From an uncultured virus (IMG/VR IMGVR_UViG_3300027541_000229) (lineage: Duplodnaviria; Heunggongvirae; Uroviricota; Caudoviricetes), in IMG/VR virus record IMGVR_UViG_3300027541_000229: a stretch of DNA of 64,000 nucleotides. One strand, given 5' to 3'. Positions within the stretch are counted from its first letter, which is position 1. Every line of letters begins with the position of its first letter. Of this stretch, positions 60,094-64,000 are shown in pieces. A program made the position numbers and the translations under genes. The notes under the pieces are model-generated. The model ran no database searches, was not told where the DNA came from, and worked only from the letters and a program-made list of their open reading frames with translations.

Positions 60094-60528
60094 GTGCAGT
60101 GGACATATCAAAATCAACCCGTAGAAGAAATACCTGAAGGCTACATTGGCTTCGTTTATCTCATCACCAACACAACCACCGGACAGAAGTACATAGGCAA
60201 GAAACTAGCACAGTTTAAACGTACTAAACCACCACTCAAAGGCAAAAAACTTAAACGCAGAAGCACAGTAGAAAGCGATTGGCGCGATTACTGGGGTTCT
60301 AGCGATAGGTTAAACGCAGATGTCCAAGCATTAGGTCCGGAAAACTTCACCCGAGAAATACTCTACTACTGTAAATCTAAGGCAGAAATGGGCTATTTAG
60401 AGGCTAGAGAACAGTTTGAACGCAGAGTTTTAGAAACTGACGAGTATTATAATGGCATTATAAACGTCAGAGTAGGCGGTTCAAACATACTTAGGCAGCG
60501 TCTAGAAGAGCATAAAAAGGCCAAATAA
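60094..60528 (+). CDS. Stand-alone GIY-YIG-family endonuclease (Seg/EndoII-like), 144 aa
   Basis: GFVYLITN...G.KYIGKK, Y.GSS, F.REIL, conserved Glu (YLEA.EQ) and terminal YN. Confidence 0.8.
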   Translation: MQWTYQNQPVEEIPEGYIGFVYLITNTTTGQKYIGKKLAQFKRTKPPLKGKKLKRRSTVESDWRDYWGSSDRLNADVQALGPENFTREILYYCKSKAEMGYLEAREQFERRVLETDEYYNGIINVRVGGSNILRQRLEEHKKAK

Positions 60529-60539
60529 TCGCCAAAAAA

Positions 60540-61007
60540 ACCCGCACCGGTGACTGTTATGGTGCCCGAAATCCGCTCTGATGTGTGGCGGTAAGGAAGC
60601 TCTACCTTGGTGAAGAGCGACTCAACCACTATCCTTAACAGGACGTTGATAGCAAAGACCTTGCTGTTTGGTTGTTTTTGAGAGCGAAATAAGGCAAAAT
60701 GAGGGGAGAAAAACCCCACGTATACGTAAGTGATAGCAGATTTACGTATGCCGCCGTTGTATAAAGACGGAGCTCGAGGTACCGGACAACCGCCTCTGTA
60801 ATGCTCTACTGCTGTGTGACTTGCCGAACTCGGATAAAGCTCAAACTTTTAGCCCGGAAACGGGCTAAGTGTGACCATTAGAATCTGGATAATGCTAAAC
60901 TTTCCGCTTCGCGGAAAAAAGATTTTTAGATCATCTAGATAAAAATCTAAAAAAAGAAAAAATGCGCTGAGCGTAAGCGAAAGCGCAAACGAGCGTTAGC
61001 TCGTTTT
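60540..61007 (+). ncRNA. Candidate large structured non-coding RNA (or structured ssDNA element), family unassigned
   Basis: ~490-nt gene-free gap with more than 10 stems read by eye, GNRA loops, G-U pairs, a possible pseudoknot and a terminal hairpin plus T4. Confidence 0.55.
60987..61007 (+). terminator. Possible intrinsic terminator
   Basis: AAACGAGC-GTTA-GCTCGTTTT; the T-tract is short. Confidence 0.35.
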
Positions 61008-61012
61008 ACCGA

Positions 61013-61018
61013 TAAATA
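61013..61018 (+). promoter_or_regulatory. Late-promoter core TAAATA
   Basis: GATAAATA 5 nt before ATG 61024. Confidence 0.55.
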
Positions 61019-61023
61019 AACAT

Positions 61024-62508
61024 ATGAATACTTTTCTGCTTGAACAACATATGGCTGATTCTCGAGAAATACTAAGAGAATCCTGTTATTACCTAACTCT
61101 AGATCAAAGAAGGATTGTAGAAGGCTACTACCGCGACATGCTTCCACTGATCGAAGCATCATTAACCGCTGATCAGATCACACAGATATTTGGTGAGATC
61201 GAAAAGCAAAGTATCGCAGGTGGACAAAGCAGAACAGTCATTGGTGCTGGCAAAGATGCTATCAAGAAAGCAGATGAAATCATCAACAAAGCAGGACGTT
61301 GGCTACAGGACACTACTCCTGTTAAAGCATTTGATCAAAAGTTTGAGGACCTAAAAGCCAAGGTCGCTGAGAAGTTTCCAGATCTAGCAGAAAAAACCGC
61401 GGCCTTAGGTGAGTGGGTCAAGGCCAATCCTGGTAAATCAGCAGCAGTCATCGGCATACTCACAGCACTAGCTTCACTAGCAGGTGGTCCTGTAGGCGGT
61501 GCTATCGCTGGTCAGGTCTTGCGTGGTGCCAATGAACTGCTCAAAGGTGAGAAACTATCCACTGCTATTGGCAAAGGTATCAAGACAGCGGCTCTGGGTT
61601 ATCTATCTGGTAAAGCCTTTCAAATGTTGGGCAACTGGATGGCTGGATTCCGTGAGCAGTCTATACCATTTGGTCCTGAGGATGCAGGACTTGAACAGAT
61701 CAGTTGGGACGCTAGTAAAACACTAAGAGCTCCAGGCATGGAGTGGACACAGACCACTCAAGGATTCAATGCCTTAGTTAAACCTGAAGAAGCCAGTGCT
61801 ATCCGTGCTGCGATGAATCTAGTTAAATCCGGAGGTGATGGTGCTGCTGAAGGTTTTGATCAACTTAAAAATATAGCAGACATAGTTAGAAGCCAAGAAT
61901 ATACGTCTAGCATGGATCAACTAGTCCAAGGTGCATGGAAGGCTGCTAAGGATAATGACAGCCTACTACAGTTTATCAATGCTACCAAGACTGGCATGCA
62001 GGCTGCTTCGCAGGGTGCAGTGGCAGCAGCTGGAGCAGCAGCACCAGCTAAACAAGAAAGTTATTATCTACAGACTCGTCCACTCAGCGAAGGACAGGTC
62101 TATATGATCGTGAATCGTGTTCTTACTGAAGCAGGATTCTTGGACAAGGCCAAGGAGCTAGGTGGCAAGGCTCTAGGCGCAGTGACCAAAGGTGTTGCCT
62201 GGGCAGGCAAACAGGCCACTGAAAAGGTCACATCCGCCAAACTATTAGCTGCATGGAAGCTAGAAGGTTCGCCTACAGACTCTGAGCAGCTGAGAAAGTT
62301 CCTACAGAACTATGGCGGCATCGATCCTAAGATCGTGGATCAGGTCTACACAGACATGAAACTGCCTGTAGGACCTCAGGAACCTACGCTAGATCCTGTC
62401 AAAGCTACCAGTGCATACATGCAGATCAAAGACCAAGTATTAAAGTTAAATAAGAAACAGCAGAAGCGTATCATGGCATACCTGCAAAAAGACCTAGGAA
62501 CCGCATAA
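61024..62508 (+). CDS. Putative virion/internal head protein with Gly/Ala-rich hydrophobic segment
   Basis: 494-aa ORF with several L/I-x-E sites and the segment AAVIGILTALASLAGGPVGGAIAG. Confidence 0.6.
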   Translation: MNTFLLEQHMADSREILRESCYYLTLDQRRIVEGYYRDMLPLIEASLTADQITQIFGEIEKQSIAGGQSRTVIGAGKDAIKKADEIINKAGRWLQDTTPVKAFDQKFEDLKAKVAEKFPDLAEKTAALGEWVKANPGKSAAVIGILTALASLAGGPVGGAIAGQVLRGANELLKGEKLSTAIGKGIKTAALGYLSGKAFQMLGNWMAGFREQSIPFGPEDAGLEQISWDASKTLRAPGMEWTQTTQGFNALVKPEEASAIRAAMNLVKSGGDGAAEGFDQLKNIADIVRSQEYTSSMDQLVQGAWKAAKDNDSLLQFINATKTGMQAASQGAVAAAGAAAPAKQESYYLQTRPLSEGQVYMIVNRVLTEAGFLDKAKELGGKALGAVTKGVAWAGKQATEKVTSAKLLAAWKLEGSPTDSEQLRKFLQNYGGIDPKIVDQVYTDMKLPVGPQEPTLDPVKATSAYMQIKDQVLKLNKKQQKRIMAYLQKDLGTA

Positions 62509-62509
62509 A

Positions 62510-63679
62510 ATGAAATTAAATGAAATCATAACTGAATCAGAACAACAACATCTAGAATATCTTGAAGAAGGTCCTCTAGGAAGCCTAGGCACAGCAGTAG
62601 GCAAAGGGGTAGGCGGATTGGCCAAAGGTGTAGGAGCCGTAGCAGGCGGTGTTGCAGGTATTGGCAAAGCCTTCAAGAAAGGTTATGCCACTGGCAAAGC
62701 CACAGTAGCAGGCGATCCTGATCCTTATCCAGATGCTCCAGACGCAGCAGCACCCGCAAAAAGTGCGGCAGCAGCACCCGCAGGCGGAGAAGAACCAGCA
62801 GCGGCAGCACCTGCAGGTGGAGCAGCAGCAGCTCCAGCAAGTGGCGCTAGCGCACCCGCAGCAGGTGGCGCAGGTTCAGCTCCTGGAAATACAACAAATG
62901 TTAATGTATCAGGCGGTAATGCAGCCGGAGGCGCAGCAGCACCAGCTACTACCGCCGCAGATGCTAATGCACAAGGTCCTAAAGGTACAGCACCCGCAAA
63001 AGCACAGACAGGTGCAGCAGCACAAGCCATGAAGAAAACAGCAGATGCTACCGCAGGCGCAGGTGCAGAAAAAGCAGGACAGACAGTCTATGCACAGGTC
63101 AAAGCATCATTGAACCAGCTAGACAAGAAAGGCAAGCAACGTATCCTACAGCTACTACAAAAATCTCTAGCACAACCTGGACCAGCTGACCAAAAAGCAG
63201 CGGCAGGTGCAGCAGCACCAGCAGCAGGTGGTGCTCCAGCAGCAGAACCAGCAGCGGCAGCAACTCCTCCGGGAGCTCCTCCAGCACCAGCAGGTTCAGA
63301 ACCAGCAGCAGAACCAGCAGCCGCAACAGCAGCACCAGCAGCCGCAACAGCAGAACCAGTAGCAGGTGGCGCAGCAGCACCAGCACCAAAACGCACTGGT
63401 GGCAAAGTTGCCGGACAAGTTAGCCAAACACCTGGCGCTATCAGAAAACGTCAAGCTCGTGCCGCTAAGAAAGGTGCAGCAGAGCCAGCACCAGGCGCAG
63501 CACCTGATCAAGCTACTATCGATGCTGACCGTGAGCGTATCATGGGACCAACTAGCGACAGCATTATTCGCACAGGCAACAGTCTAAGCGAAGCACTAGC
63601 AGCTAAGATTGAATCTAAGAAGCGTGAGATATTTGAAGTTGAGTTAGTCAACGGTCGTGCGAGCTTGTTCAGAAAATGA
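62510..63679 (+). CDS. Ala/Pro/Gly-rich low-complexity protein, putative internal head protein
   Basis: Starts MKLNEIITE..LEE; long AP/AG tracts. Confidence 0.7.
   Translation: MKLNEIITESEQQHLEYLEEGPLGSLGTAVGKGVGGLAKGVGAVAGGVAGIGKAFKKGYATGKATVAGDPDPYPDAPDAAAPAKSAAAAPAGGEEPAAAAPAGGAAAAPASGASAPAAGGAGSAPGNTTNVNVSGGNAAGGAAAPATTAADANAQGPKGTAPAKAQTGAAAQAMKKTADATAGAGAEKAGQTVYAQVKASLNQLDKKGKQRILQLLQKSLAQPGPADQKAAAGAAAPAAGGAPAAEPAAAATPPGAPPAPAGSEPAAEPAAATAAPAAATAEPVAGGAAAPAPKRTGGKVAGQVSQTPGAIRKRQARAAKKGAAEPAPGAAPDQATIDADRERIMGPTSDSIIRTGNSLSEALAAKIESKKREIFEVELVNGRASLFRK
62740..63385 (+). repeat. Coding low-complexity GCAGCA/CCAGCA repeats
   Basis: Runs of gca/cca/ggt codons encoding AAAPAG-like units. 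Confidence 0.7.
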
Positions 63680-64000
63680 GAATCAGTGAACTGATCGAAA
63701 AAAATCTAGAAATAGATAATACAGATCCTTACGATAAAGGAAAAAAGTTTGGTCAAAAACTATTAAGTCCTTTATCGTGGATTAACACTGATTCTGATAA
63801 AGAAAAAGTTGATCCTAATCTTATACAGAATCCTGCCGCTTTTATGAGCAGTGGACAAAATAGTCTAGATCTAGTAATACGAGGTAAAGCTCTTTATTCA
63901 GCAGACAAAACATTTATACAACGTGTACTAGATCAGATAACCAGTGGGCAGATGAAACCCTCTAACGATATTGATGCTAAAGCATTGGTGTCAGGTTTAA
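63676..64000 (+). CDS. Hypothetical protein, 3'-truncated by window edge (missing from the ORF track)
   Basis: ATG overlaps the previous stop (ATGA). Frame MRISELIEKNLE... stays open to the end of the window. Confidence 0.7.
   Translation, partial: MRISELIEKNLEIDNTDPYDKGKKFGQKLLSPLSWINTDSDKEKVDPNLIQNPAAFMSSGQNSLDLVIRGKALYSADKTFIQRVLDQITSGQMKPSNDIDAKALVSGL

Noticed and set aside
60447..60719. Minus-strand 90-aa ORF (and 60947..61162) over the structured region
   Set aside because: Antisense to flanking genes, with no RBS or recognisable motifs; base-pairing explains the sequence better.
60814..60917. CRISPR or TIGR array
   Set aside because: Only two imperfect units with 3-5-nt variable parts, and no cas or Nop-domain gene in the window.
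60540..61007. RNase P RNA, tmRNA, group I intron or group II intron identity for the structured region
   Set aside because: Resemblance is only loose (AGGAAGCTC, GAACTCGG). I saw no GAGGAAAGUCC/P4 pairing, no tRNA-like ends, no group I P7/S element, no canonical domain V and no interrupted host gene. An Infernal search is needed to exclude these fully.
62725..63587. Several overlapping alternative-frame ORFs rich in Gln/His, Leu or Cys
   Set aside because: These are shadows of GCA/CCA codon repeats in the Ala/Pro-rich gene.
1..64000. Stop-codon reassignment, diversity-generating retroelement, or tRNA genes
   Set aside because: Genes tile tightly under the standard code with TAA, TAG and TGA stops. 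I saw no reverse transcriptase, TR/VR pair or tRNA cloverleaf by eye; tRNAscan was not run.

Overview
This 64 kb window comes from a large, AT-rich, T4-related (distantly Tevenvirinae-like) myophage that uses the standard genetic code. From left to right it contains: (i) the 3' end of an RNase H/5'-3' exonuclease and a run of small hypothetical genes; (ii) an ~18 kb enzyme island with a UDP-sugar dehydrogenase, 2OG-Fe(II) oxygenase, short PLP aminotransferase, amidinotransferase, B12 radical SAM, two SPASM/twitch radical SAMs, two SGNH proteins and about seven glycosyltransferase-like genes, apparently under late promoters and next to the tail-fibre genes; (iii) a minus-strand tail/baseplate module with four fibre paralogs, a 4525-aa wedge-like protein, gp6, gp25, gp5-like, hub, gp53-like and tube-initiator-like genes; (iv) a gp55-like late sigma factor and gp47/gp46; (v) a compact GIY-YIG nuclease followed directly by a ~480-nt non-coding, densely structured region with many hairpins, a possible pseudoknot and a 55-nt tandem unit, which is the most intriguing element; (vi) probable capsid-internal proteins. 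I recognised no tRNA, rRNA, CRISPR array or transposon. All protein calls rest on motifs read by eye, and no database search or folding program was run.
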